Positions 30,203-39,512 of a stretch of 64,000 nt of DNA are shown one piece after another. The DNA lies in contig DAOORA010000010.1 in assembly GCA_035389045.1 (NCBI GenBank), positions 1 through 64,000 on the forward strand. The letters run 5' to 3'. Below the pieces are notes generated by a model, which was not told the origin of the DNA, did not search any database, and was given only the letters and a program-made list of their open reading frames with translations. Positions within the stretch are counted from its first letter, which is position 1; the number at the start of each line of letters is the position of its first letter. A program made the position numbers and the translations under genes. Source of the stretch: Bacteroidales bacterium. GTDB taxonomy: Bacteria; Bacteroidota; Bacteroidia; Bacteroidales; CAIWKO01.

Positions 30203-30748
30203 ATGAGCAATGAACTAGAAAATCAGATTCTTGAGTTGCAGAAAAAGATCGGCAAAATAGAAAAAGGAACAAAGGATCAGCTTTCGATGGTTGTATTTTC
30301 AGGTGACCTGGATAAGATTCTGGCAGCCATGATTATCTCTACAGGTGCGGCTGCATATGATATGAAAGTGAAACTCTTTTTTACGTTCTGGGCCACTGCT
30401 GCATTGCGAGACCCCAAAAAATCAGTTTCCGGCAAAAACTTTATGGCTAAAATGTTTGGCATGATGCTGCCCAAAGGTATGAACAAAATAAAATTATCAA
30501 AAATGCACATGATGGGTATGGGAACAAGCATGATAAAAGGACTGATGAAAAAGAAAAAAGTGGCCTCCCTGCCTGAGATGTTTAAAACCGCGGGCGATCT
30601 GGGTGTGGAAATAAACATTTGCGAGATGTCCATGGATCTGATGGGATTTAAACGCGAGGAAATGATCGATTATCCCCACATGAATGTCTGTGGTGTGGCT
30701 ACATTTTTGGCGGATGCACAGGAAAGTAAAGTTCAGTTATTTATTTAA
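30203..30748 (+). CDS. DsrE/DsrF/DrsH-like (DsrE2-type) sulfur carrier
   Basis: VFSGDLDK, LFFTFW, ICEMSMDLMG, GVATFL..LFI. Confidence 0.9.
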   Translation: MSNELENQILELQKKIGKIEKGTKDQLSMVVFSGDLDKILAAMIISTGAAAYDMKVKLFFTFWATAALRDPKKSVSGKNFMAKMFGMMLPKGMNKIKLSKMHMMGMGTSMIKGLMKKKKVASLPEMFKTAGDLGVEINICEMSMDLMGFKREEMIDYPHMNVCGVATFLADAQESKVQLFI

Positions 30749-30759
30749 ACAGGCATTTT

Positions 30760-31247
30760 TTTTAACCGCAAAGGACGCTAAGATTTACCGCAAAGGACGC
30801 GAAGGAAGAAATGACAGAGAACGAGCTATCAAATAAAGTTATTGGGCTTGCAATTGATGTTCATAATGCATTGGGCCCGGGTCTTCTTGAAAGCGCTTAT
30901 AAAGAATGTTTATTTTATTCAATTAAACAAAATGGATTATTTGTCATAAAAGAAAAGGCGATGCCTTTGGTATTTAATGAGGTGAAACTTGATTGTGGTT
31001 ACAGAATAGATCTGCTTGTTGAAAATAAATTAGTTATCGAAATCAAAAGTGTTGAAGCTATAAATGATATTCATTTGGCTCAAACCTTGACTTATCTGAA
31101 ACTTGGCGATTTTAAGCTCGGTCTGCTAATTAATTTTAATGTACTAAAACTAAAAGATGGTATCAAAAGGGTGGTAAATAATTTGTAAATTCTTTGCGCT
31201 CTTTGCGTAAAATCTTTGCGAAGCGCAAAGCGCCTTTGCGGTTAAAA
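30760..31247 (+). mobile_element. Inverted-repeat-bounded GxxExxY cassette 1
   Basis: Perfect 15-bp outer IR ttttaaccgcaaagg (30760-30774) / cctttgcggttaaaa (31233-31247), extending inward as ~50-bp imperfect arms built of CGCAAAG units. Mobility is inferred. Confidence 0.6.
30811..31188 (+). CDS. GxxExxY protein (PD-(D/E)XK nuclease-like fold)
   Basis: LGPGLLESAY, RIDLLVE.KLVIEIKSV, QTLTYLKL, GLLINFN. Confidence 0.92.
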   Translation: MTENELSNKVIGLAIDVHNALGPGLLESAYKECLFYSIKQNGLFVIKEKAMPLVFNEVKLDCGYRIDLLVENKLVIEIKSVEAINDIHLAQTLTYLKLGDFKLGLLINFNVLKLKDGIKRVVNNL

Positions 31248-31281
31248 GGAAATAATTATAAACCAATAAAAAATAAAAATC

Positions 31282-31533
31282 ATGACAACAGAAGAATTAA
31301 AAAACATTACAGCAAATCAGGTTGTGGACGCACGCGGAACTGCATGCCCGGGCCCATTATTGGCAGCAAAAAAAGCAATCGGCGAGATTGAATCAGGAGA
31401 AATTATGGAGATTTTATCTTCAGACGAAGGTACCAAACACGACATTCCCAGATGGTGCGAAAAAATGGAACATGAATTTCTGGGAATACTTGAAGAAGAC
31501 AGCTATTCAAGATTGTTCTTGAAAAAGGCATAA
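31282..31533 (+). CDS. tusA: TusA/SirA family sulfurtransferase
   Basis: VDARGTACPGP motif, DIPRWC. Confidence 0.9.
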   Translation: MTTEELKNITANQVVDARGTACPGPLLAAKKAIGEIESGEIMEILSSDEGTKHDIPRWCEKMEHEFLGILEEDSYSRLFLKKA

Positions 31534-31546
31534 CAGTTCGCCATCG

Positions 31547-31621
31547 CTAACAGCCTAACAACCTAACAACCTAACAGTCTAACAGTCTAATAGCCTAATA
31601 CCCTAATAGCCTAATAGCCTA
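31547..31621. repeat. 8-bp tandem repeat CTAA(C/T)ANN, nine units
   Basis: ctaacagc ctaacaac ctaacaac ctaacagt ctaacagt ctaatagc ctaatacc ctaatagc ctaatagc cta. Confidence 0.9.
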
Positions 31622-31700
31622 TTATTTCCTATCAGTAGTTTACTTCATTATTAAGGTGCCGGCGGTGTTCTTGTATTAATTTATCATATATATTATTAGT

Positions 31701-32129
31701 ATGTCAAACGAAACTTACAAACCGAAAATCCTGGTGTTCTCAACGGATAAAATCTCTGACCCGGGCATCGACCAGGCGGGCCTGCGCAAAATACATTATT
31801 CCCCTTCGGTGTATGTGATCAGTATGCCTTGTTCTTCGGGTATCAAGCCAAAATGGATCATGCATGCCCTGGAAAAAGGTTTTGATGGCGTATTTATCGC
31901 TGCCGACGGGCACGAATGTTCTTACAGCCCTAAATGTGCCGAGCATACCAATAGGATCATCACCGAAGCCCAGGAAATGATGAAAACCAAAAACATCAGT
32001 CCCAAGCGTATCCGTATGGCCGCTATCTGTTCGGTATGTGCTGAGCCATTCTCGAACCACATGGACACGTTTAGTCGAATTTTGGCCGAACTGGGAGATA
32101 TCAACTCTGAAATTAACAAAGCTCAATAA
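31701..32129 (+). CDS. mvhD: MvhD/FlpD-like hydrogenase iron-sulfur subunit (variant ligand set)
   Basis: PKILVF, MPCSSGI, GFDGVFI, ECSY, RIRM..ICSVC; adjacent to hdrA-like genes. Confidence 0.8.
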   Translation: MSNETYKPKILVFSTDKISDPGIDQAGLRKIHYSPSVYVISMPCSSGIKPKWIMHALEKGFDGVFIAADGHECSYSPKCAEHTNRIITEAQEMMKTKNISPKRIRMAAICSVCAEPFSNHMDTFSRILAELGDINSEINKAQ

Positions 32130-32156
32130 TTGAATTAAACATTGATTTCGATTCAT

Positions 32157-34901
32157 ATGTCAGAAAAAAATAAAAAATTTGACACACTGGTAATAGGCGG
32201 AGGTATCGCGGGGCAAGAGGCAGCGTTGAGTCTTGCCGATATGAACCACCAGGTGCTGCTGGTAGAAAAAGGCCTTTCTATCGGTGGTAAGATGATACAG
32301 CTTAGCAAGGTGTTTCCAACACTTGATTGTGCTGCCTGCATCACCACCCCAAAAATGTCGGAAACGGCCCGCCATCCGAATATTACGCTGATGCTCAACA
32401 GCGAAATTGAGGGCATCACCAAATCGGGAAACGATTTTCTGGTTGATATTGTAAAAAATCCCCGTTATGTCATTCCCGAAGCCTGCACCGGCTGCCAGGA
32501 ATGTGAGGTGGTATGTCCCGAAATCCGTAATGATGAATATAATTGCAATCTTGCCGGACGCAAAGTGGCTTATATCCCTTTCAGCCTTGCAAATCCCCGG
32601 ATCGCCACCATCGAACGCAAGGACACTTCTGCACCCTGTATCAACGAATGTCCGGGCGGTGTAAAACCGTACGGGTACATCACACTGGCAAGAAACGGGC
32701 AGTACGAAGAAGCCATGAAACTGCACCTCGAAGATATTCCTATCCCGGGCAGTCTCGGGAGGGCTTGCTACTCGCCTTGTCAGAATGCCTGTACGCGCTC
32801 AGGCCTCGACCAATCTGTGGATATAAGAAAAATAAAAAGATTTTTTACTGATTATTACTACGAAAAATTTCCCGAGGCTCCGGTTCAGAATATTGAAATA
32901 AAAAGCGGGAAAAAAATTGCGGTTATTGGCTCCGGCCCGGCAGGACTGACAGCCGCTTATCATCTCGCATTGAAAGGCCATACGGTCAAGATATTTGAAT
33001 CCGCTTCACAGGCTGGAGGCATGTTAAAACTCACTTTGCCCGAATACCGTTTACCTAAAGATGTTGTTGACAGGGACATTAAAAATATTACCTCACTGGG
33101 TGTTGAAATAGAACTCAATAAAAAAATTACGAATATCGAAGAACTGAAACATCAGGGGTTTGACGTAGTCTTTGTTTCGGTTGGTACCCACGAAACCACA
33201 AAGCTTCATGTGGAAGGTTCCAAACTGGAAGGTATCGTTTCCTGTCTCGATTTCCTGCGTGATGCCAACATTGGGAAAAAAGAAGATCTGAACGGTAAAA
33301 AAGTAATGATCATTGGCGGCGGCAACACGGCTATCGATGCTGCCCGTACATCGCTCAGGCTGGGAGCAGCCAGGGTTATCGTGGTATACCGCCGCAGTCG
33401 CGAAGAGATGCCCTGCTTTGCACCGGAAATCAGAGAAGCGGAAGAAGAAGGTGTTGAAATTTTAATTCTACGTAATCCGATAAAATTTATTGGCGAAAAC
33501 AATAGGGTAACCAAAGCCCAACTGATAAAAATGAGGCTTTCCACTCCCGATGAAAGTGGCCGGAAAATTCCGGTTCCCATAGAAGGATCTGAATATCTTG
33601 AAGATGTCGATTTTGTTGTGGAGGCTATCGGGCTTCAGCCATCCACTTCAGTATTTGCCAGGGAGTTGGAACTCAATAAAAACGGAACGATCAAAACAAA
33701 TAAAATAACGTTACAGACAAAAACACCCGCTGTTTTTGCAGGCGGTGACAGCGTCAGTGGTTCCTCCACAATTATTGAAGCCGCCGGTCAGGGTAAAAGA
33801 GCCGCTTTTTATATCGATAGGTTTTTAAACAACCAAAGTTTAGATGTTGAATTTGGAGATAAACTTCCTGCTATTGATAAAACGAAGGTGCTGGAAAACT
33901 ATAAAGGCAGCAAAATACCTTCGGTGCATGGAGGGATGCGGGCGCCAAAAGAACGGGCAAAAGATTTTGAAGAAGTTGAACTGACATATACCGAGCAGGA
34001 ACTCATGGACAGTACGCAGCGCTGCCTCGATTGCAGCAACTGCCGCGAATGTCATCAGTGCCTGAACATTTGCCCGGCAAATGCCATCGACTTTTCACAG
34101 AAAAAAGAAGTTCATACTATTAGTGCAAAATCTGTTATCGTAACTACCGGTTATAAATTATTCCCTCCCGAAGGAAAACCCGATTTTGGGTATGGAAAAT
34201 ATCCCAACGTGATCGATTCCATGCAAATGGACAGATTGATAGCCCCGACAAGGCCTTTTAACAATGTGCTGCGCCCGGGCGATGGAAAAACTCCTGATAA
34301 TATCGCCTATATATTATGCACGGGATCAAGGGATTCCGCTATTGAAAACCGTGCGTGCAGCATTGAATGCGGCAACAACCCGATATGTTCTCAGATTTGC
34401 TGCATGTATTCTATTAAACAGGCACAGTTGCTCATGGGTGCGCTGCCCATGGCGGACATTACGATCTATTACATTGATATCAGGGCTTTTGGCAAGGGTT
34501 ATGAGGAATTCTTCCAGCAGTCAAAGTCCATGGGGGTGAATTTTGTGAAAGGAAAAGTAGCAAAAGTTACCGGGAAAGACGATAAGAGCGGCGATTTGAT
34601 ACTTCGTTATGAAGATATTACCACAGGGATGCTGAAAGAAGCAAAACACGACCTGGTAGTGTTGTCCGTTGGCGTTCTTCCGAATAAGGAGATTCCTCAA
34701 ATGTTTAAAAACGAGGCGCTTCTACTGGACGACTTCAATTTTGTGAAACAGGTTGATGAATTGGTAAGTCCCTCATTGACAAGCATTGAAGGAGTTTTTG
34801 TGGCTGGTGCTGCTTCCGGGCCTAAAGACATTCCTGATTCGATATTATCTGCCGGTTGCGCTGCTACCGAGGTGGCGGGTTACTTAGCAAAGCCAAAATA
34901 A
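32157..34901 (+). CDS. hdrA: HdrA-like flavoprotein with inserted GltD/NfnB-like NAD(P)H oxidoreductase module (HdrL-like)
   Basis: GGGIAG, KVFPTLDCAAC, CTGCQEC..CP, GRACYSPCQNAC, GSGPAG, GGGNTAID, CSQICCMY, GPKDIPDS. Confidence 0.88.
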   Translation: MSEKNKKFDTLVIGGGIAGQEAALSLADMNHQVLLVEKGLSIGGKMIQLSKVFPTLDCAACITTPKMSETARHPNITLMLNSEIEGITKSGNDFLVDIVKNPRYVIPEACTGCQECEVVCPEIRNDEYNCNLAGRKVAYIPFSLANPRIATIERKDTSAPCINECPGGVKPYGYITLARNGQYEEAMKLHLEDIPIPGSLGRACYSPCQNACTRSGLDQSVDIRKIKRFFTDYYYEKFPEAPVQNIEIKSGKKIAVIGSGPAGLTAAYHLALKGHTVKIFESASQAGGMLKLTLPEYRLPKDVVDRDIKNITSLGVEIELNKKITNIEELKHQGFDVVFVSVGTHETTKLHVEGSKLEGIVSCLDFLRDANIGKKEDLNGKKVMIIGGGNTAIDAARTSLRLGAARVIVVYRRSREEMPCFAPEIREAEEEGVEILILRNPIKFIGENNRVTKAQLIKMRLSTPDESGRKIPVPIEGSEYLEDVDFVVEAIGLQPSTSVFARELELNKNGTIKTNKITLQTKTPAVFAGGDSVSGSSTIIEAAGQGKRAAFYIDRFLNNQSLDVEFGDKLPAIDKTKVLENYKGSKIPSVHGGMRAPKERAKDFEEVELTYTEQELMDSTQRCLDCSNCRECHQCLNICPANAIDFSQKKEVHTISAKSVIVTTGYKLFPPEGKPDFGYGKYPNVIDSMQMDRLIAPTRPFNNVLRPGDGKTPDNIAYILCTGSRDSAIENRACSIECGNNPICSQICCMYSIKQAQLLMGALPMADITIYYIDIRAFGKGYEEFFQQSKSMGVNFVKGKVAKVTGKDDKSGDLILRYEDITTGMLKEAKHDLVVLSVGVLPNKEIPQMFKNEALLLDDFNFVKQVDELVSPSLTSIEGVFVAGAASGPKDIPDSILSAGCAATEVAGYLAKPK

Positions 34902-34960
34902 TCTTAAGAATCAATTGAAACAATTATATTAAAGAAACTAATTTATTAATAGAAATATTA

Positions 34961-35411
34961 TCTCGCAAAGACGCAAAGGCGCAAAGATAAGAGAACATAA
35001 ATTATGACAGAAAACGAATTGTCAAAAATTATTGTAAACACTGCTTTCCGGATTCATAATAAACTTGGTCCGGGTTTACTAGAATCAGTTTATGAAGAAA
35101 TAATGTATTATGAATTGAGTAAACAGGGGTTGAATGTTGAACGACAAAAAGGAATACCTGTAATTTGGGATGAGCTGAGAATGGAAATTGGTTTTAGAGC
35201 AGATTTAATTATCGAAAGAAAAGTAATCATTGAATTAAAATCAGTAGAAGCAATTGCTCCGGTTCATCCGAAACAATTGCTGACTTATTTAAAGTTAACT
35301 GGTCTTAAACTGGGATTACTAATTAATTTCAATGAGCCTTTAATAAAAAATGGATTTACCAGAATTGTTAACAATTTATAATGAAATTTGCGACTTAGCG
35401 TCTTTGCGAGA
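34961..35411 (+). mobile_element. Inverted-repeat-bounded GxxExxY cassette 2
   Basis: tctcgcaaagacgcaaaggcgcaaa (34961-34985) and tttgcgacttagcgtctttgcgaga (35387-35411) are inverted at 23/25. Mobility is inferred. Confidence 0.6.
35004..35381 (+). CDS. GxxExxY protein (PD-(D/E)XK nuclease-like fold), second paralog
   Basis: LGPGLLESVY, RADLIIE.KVIIELKSV, QLLTYLKL, GLLINFN. Confidence 0.92.
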   Translation: MTENELSKIIVNTAFRIHNKLGPGLLESVYEEIMYYELSKQGLNVERQKGIPVIWDELRMEIGFRADLIIERKVIIELKSVEAIAPVHPKQLLTYLKLTGLKLGLLINFNEPLIKNGFTRIVNNL

Positions 35412-35463
35412 ACAATAAAACATAGTGTCTTCGTGCCTTCGTGGCTAAATAAATAATAAAATT

Positions 35464-37665
35464 ATGAAAGAAAGAATAGGCGTTTATATTTGTCATTGCG
35501 GGGGAAACATCTCTGATTATGTGGATGTGGAAGAATTGAGCAAATTGCTGAAAGACGAGAACGGGGTGGTCATTTCCAAAGATGTGATGTTTGCTTGTGC
35601 CGACTCAAACCAGAAAGACATGGTGAAGGATATACAGGATTATAATCTGGATGCCATTGTCGTCGCCTCCTGTTCCCCCAAGCTCCATCTCCATACTTTT
35701 AAGGGCGTTGCCAACCGGGCAGGGCTGAATCCTTCGAATTATGTCCAGGTAAATGTGCGCGAACAATGTTCTTGGCCACATTCCGACCAACCCCGTGAGG
35801 CCACCGTAAAAGCCCTGGGGCTTATCAAAGCCGGTATCAGGCGGGTGGAACAGTCGGAATCACTTGAAAATATTGATATTACCGTGAAGAAATCAGCTTT
35901 GGTTGTAGGAGCGGGAGTAGCAGGAATGAAAGCTGCCATAGATCTGGCGCAAATGGGGATAGAGGTGTATCTTCTTGAAAAAGAATACTTTGTTGGAGGA
36001 CATATCACTCATAATGATAAGCTGTTTATGAGCGGACAAAACGGGAAAGAGATCGTTGCAAAGCTTTATGAGCAAATGAAATCCTATTCCAATATCACGC
36101 TTTTTACTGGAGCTGAAATCGAAAAAGTATCCGGAAGCCTTGGCAATTTTACCATTGATATAAGCATACGCCCACGATATTTCAAGGTTAAAAAAGATAC
36201 GGCTCCTCTGCTTCAGGCAATGCAGGACTGTGATGTGATGGTGCCCGATACGTTCAATTATGGCTTAAGCCAGCGCAAAGCTATTTATAAAAATTACGAC
36301 GGGGCTTTGCCCGATATTCCTGTGGTAGATGCCCAAGCACTGAAAGACCACCCTGATTTTGTTCAGAAACATGCTGCCTGTATTGATCTCAATCAGCAGC
36401 CGGAATCAATTTCACTGACTGCGGGCGCCGTGCTTGTTTCGACAGGTTTCGACCATTACAAACCCAAGGAAAATGAGTTTGGTTATGGGGTTATACCACA
36501 GGTAGTTACCATTCATGAGTTCAACCGTATGATGGAGCAAAGTCCTGAAAGGCTGATATATAACAATAAGGAAATCACCAAAGTAGCTTTCATCTACTGT
36601 GTAGGAATGCGCCAGAAAAAAGGCGAAAATAAGTATTGTTCAAGAACATGCTGTACGTCAACTATTCAGACTTCCATCCAGCTAAAAGAAAAATATAAAG
36701 ACATCACTGCTTTTCATCTTTACAGGGATATCAGGACTTACGGGAAACAGGAGCTGCTTTATGAGAAATCGTCGAAGCAGGGTGATATTTATATTCGTTA
36801 CGATGAAAAGGAACCTCCGGTAGTGGAAGGTAACGGGAAGACAGCTTTGATAAAGGTAAAGGATTACCTGACCTCAAAAACTGAACTCGAAATTGATGCC
36901 GATCTGGTGGTTTTGGTCACAGGAATGGTATCGCGTGAAGACAGCCAGCATATCTCTGAAAAATTTAAAATTCCTATTGGTAGTGATAAGTTTTTCAATG
37001 AGATACACCCAAAACTCAAGCCGGTTGAAACGGTTATCAAAGGCGTTTATATTGGTGGTTCCTGCCAGGGACCCAAAAATATTTCAGAATCAGTTCAATC
37101 CTCGCTTTCAGCCGCAGCAAAGATAAATGCATTACTGAAAAGCGGAACCATTTCTCTCGATCCGATCGTTGCCCGGGTGAATACAGATGCCTGCTTATGG
37201 TGCGGCAAATGCGCCGAAGTGTGTGAATATACGGCTATAAGGGAGATTGAACAGAATGGCAAGCATGTTGCCTTTGTTAACAAAGCTATTTGTACTGGCT
37301 GTGGAATCTGCGCTCCTGTTTGCCCGGTGAATGCCATTGAAATAGCTCAGTATACCGATGCCGAAATTGAAGGGATGATTGACGGGTTTATGGAGCAGGC
37401 AGTAATTCCGGAAAGGTCAGAAACAACTGAGGAAAAGTCAGAAGAAACCGGCGTACTGATGATGAAGGAGTTTCCGCAGATATGGAAAACGATACTTGCG
37501 TCAATTGATGGCGGTAAAAAAACCATTCCTCAGATTGCAGAAGAACTTAACATTAACAAAGATATTGTCACATACCATATGATGACAATGAATAAATACA
37601 GTGTTGTGATGGCCGATGGCATGGACGAAAAAGAAGCATATTATTATTATAAAAGAAAATACTAA
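35464..37665 (+). CDS. hdrA: Heterodisulfide reductase subunit A / QmoB-like flavoprotein
   Basis: IGVYICHCGGNI, VNVREQCSW, GAGVAG, YCSRTCC, GSCQGPK, two C-terminal CxxCxxCxxxC ferredoxin motifs and a winged-helix-like tail. Confidence 0.9.
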   Translation: MKERIGVYICHCGGNISDYVDVEELSKLLKDENGVVISKDVMFACADSNQKDMVKDIQDYNLDAIVVASCSPKLHLHTFKGVANRAGLNPSNYVQVNVREQCSWPHSDQPREATVKALGLIKAGIRRVEQSESLENIDITVKKSALVVGAGVAGMKAAIDLAQMGIEVYLLEKEYFVGGHITHNDKLFMSGQNGKEIVAKLYEQMKSYSNITLFTGAEIEKVSGSLGNFTIDISIRPRYFKVKKDTAPLLQAMQDCDVMVPDTFNYGLSQRKAIYKNYDGALPDIPVVDAQALKDHPDFVQKHAACIDLNQQPESISLTAGAVLVSTGFDHYKPKENEFGYGVIPQVVTIHEFNRMMEQSPERLIYNNKEITKVAFIYCVGMRQKKGENKYCSRTCCTSTIQTSIQLKEKYKDITAFHLYRDIRTYGKQELLYEKSSKQGDIYIRYDEKEPPVVEGNGKTALIKVKDYLTSKTELEIDADLVVLVTGMVSREDSQHISEKFKIPIGSDKFFNEIHPKLKPVETVIKGVYIGGSCQGPKNISESVQSSLSAAAKINALLKSGTISLDPIVARVNTDACLWCGKCAEVCEYTAIREIEQNGKHVAFVNKAICTGCGICAPVCPVNAIEIAQYTDAEIEGMIDGFMEQAVIPERSETTEEKSEETGVLMMKEFPQIWKTILASIDGGKKTIPQIAEELNINKDIVTYHMMTMNKYSVVMADGMDEKEAYYYYKRKY

Positions 37666-37668
37666 GAA

Positions 37669-38760
37669 ATGGCAAGAGTAAATCCCGATTTTGTAAAAAG
37701 TATCCGTAAATACGGAGCGGACGATTTTAGTGCATGTTACAGTTGCGGAACCTGCACAGCCATTTGTTCGCTTACCGATAAGGACAATTCATTCCCAAGG
37801 AAGATGATCCGGCATACTATGCTGGGGCTTGAAAGCGAGCTAAAATCATCTGTAGATCCCTGGTTGTGCTATTATTGCGGTGACTGTTCAACGAACTGCC
37901 CGCGTCAGGCCGATCCCGGTAATCTGATGATGGCTGTGCGGAGGTACCTGATCTCAAAATACGATTGGACAGGGCTGTCGGGGCTATTGTACCGCAACCT
38001 GGCAGGATATATCATTGCTTTTTTAATAGTTATCGCAGGCATTCTTGGTTTGTTTGTTTCTGGCGGTTTCAGCCAGGAAGAATGGATGGAATATGGCCAT
38101 TTGTTTGAAATGTTTGCTATCGGCGGGGTATTCCTGATAATTTTTGTTCCAAACCTGTTGCGTATGTGGTATATGATAGTTTGGAAAAAGACAAAAAAAT
38201 TCGACATCAAAACCTATTTTGTTTCTCTAAAAGAACTGTTTGTCCATATGTTTACCCAAAAAAGGTCCTTGTCGTGTGATGAAAAAAAACCTGATAAACT
38301 ATGGTGGTTTGAGCATTTCATTCTCGTTATAGGTTATCTCACATTGTTATTTACCACTGTTTTTCTCGATTGGTTTGGCTCACAAAGTCTTTTTGTTATA
38401 GTTTTAGGTTATCTGGTCAGTGCAATTATTTTCATAGTAACATTTGATTTTGTTATCCGCAGGATACGCAAACGCAGCCAGAAAAGCTCTTTTTCACATC
38501 CGTCCGACTGGTTTTTTGTTATCTGGCTTTTTATGATGGGGTTCAGCGCTTTTCTGGTGCGCCTGTTTATTGATACCGGCATTCTCGAAAACCATTTCTG
38601 GATGTACCTTTTTCATATTACCGTGCTGGTTCAGTGGGCGCTGATAATCGTTCCCTTTGGCAAATGGACACATTTTCTGTACCGTTCTTTTGCCATGTAT
38701 TTTTCAAATATCCTTGTTTCTCAAACAACAATAAATCAAAAAAATAATAAACTTAAATAA
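37669..38760 (+). CDS. HdrC-like dicluster domain fused to a cytochrome-b-like membrane domain (QmoC-like)
   Basis: CYSCGTCTAIC and WLCYYCGDCSTNCP, then ~6 TM helices with His (EHFILV, FHITVL, PFGKWTH). Confidence 0.82.
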   Translation: MARVNPDFVKSIRKYGADDFSACYSCGTCTAICSLTDKDNSFPRKMIRHTMLGLESELKSSVDPWLCYYCGDCSTNCPRQADPGNLMMAVRRYLISKYDWTGLSGLLYRNLAGYIIAFLIVIAGILGLFVSGGFSQEEWMEYGHLFEMFAIGGVFLIIFVPNLLRMWYMIVWKKTKKFDIKTYFVSLKELFVHMFTQKRSLSCDEKKPDKLWWFEHFILVIGYLTLLFTTVFLDWFGSQSLFVIVLGYLVSAIIFIVTFDFVIRRIRKRSQKSSFSHPSDWFFVIWLFMMGFSAFLVRLFIDTGILENHFWMYLFHITVLVQWALIIVPFGKWTHFLYRSFAMYFSNILVSQTTINQKNNKLK

Positions 38761-38768
38761 TTATAAAA

Positions 38769-39164
38769 ATGGAAATTATAGTAACTTTCGACGGAAACAA
38801 AAAAGTAAACGCCCATGTACGTAACCATATCGTAAAAACCGACCAGCCTGTAAATGGCGGAGGAGACGACACAGCAGTGTCACCTTATGAATTATTTTTA
38901 GCTTCATTGGCAACCTGTGCCGGCATTTATGTTAAGGGCTTTTGCGACAACAGGAACATTCCTGCCGAAAACATTACCCTGACACAAAGCCACGAATTCA
39001 ACGAAAAAGGCTTGCTGAACAAAGTGGAATTATGCATTAACGTGCCAAAAGACTTCCCTGAAAAGTATGTGGATTCACTTATTCATGTGGCAAGCCTATG
39101 CAAAGTAAAACAACAGTTGATGTCAGCTCCCGAACTGTCAGTTAAATCAAAAATCATCGAATAA
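38769..39164 (+). CDS. OsmC family protein
   Basis: TDQP..GGG...SPYELFLASLATCAG, CKVK. Confidence 0.88.
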   Translation: MEIIVTFDGNKKVNAHVRNHIVKTDQPVNGGGDDTAVSPYELFLASLATCAGIYVKGFCDNRNIPAENITLTQSHEFNEKGLLNKVELCINVPKDFPEKYVDSLIHVASLCKVKQQLMSAPELSVKSKIIE

Positions 39165-39195
39165 CCCTAACAGTCTAACAGCCTAAACCCATAAC

Positions 39196-39510
39196 ATGCT
39201 AACATTCCTAAAAAACTTGTTTTCCCCGAAACCCGCTGCCGATTTTGCTGCATTGATTAAACAGGGCGCAACCATTATCGACGTCAGGTCAAAAGGAGAA
39301 TTTCAGGCCGGACATTTGAAAGGCTCCATCAACCTACCGTTGAAAAATCTGTCCGATAATCTTTCAAAAATAAAAAAAGACAAGCCGGTGATTACCTGTT
39401 GTGCTTCGGGTGCACGCAGCGGGGTGGCGAAAAACGTGCTGAAAGCTCAGGGATATGAAGCCTTCAACGGCGGACCATGGGAGAGCCTGAAAAAATATTG
39501 CAACCGATAG
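39196..39510 (+). CDS. Rhodanese-like domain protein
   Basis: IIDVRS..EF..GHLKGSINLP, CCASGARS active-site loop. Confidence 0.9.
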   Translation: MLTFLKNLFSPKPAADFAALIKQGATIIDVRSKGEFQAGHLKGSINLPLKNLSDNLSKIKKDKPVITCCASGARSGVAKNVLKAQGYEAFNGGPWESLKKYCNR

Positions 39511-39512
39511 GT

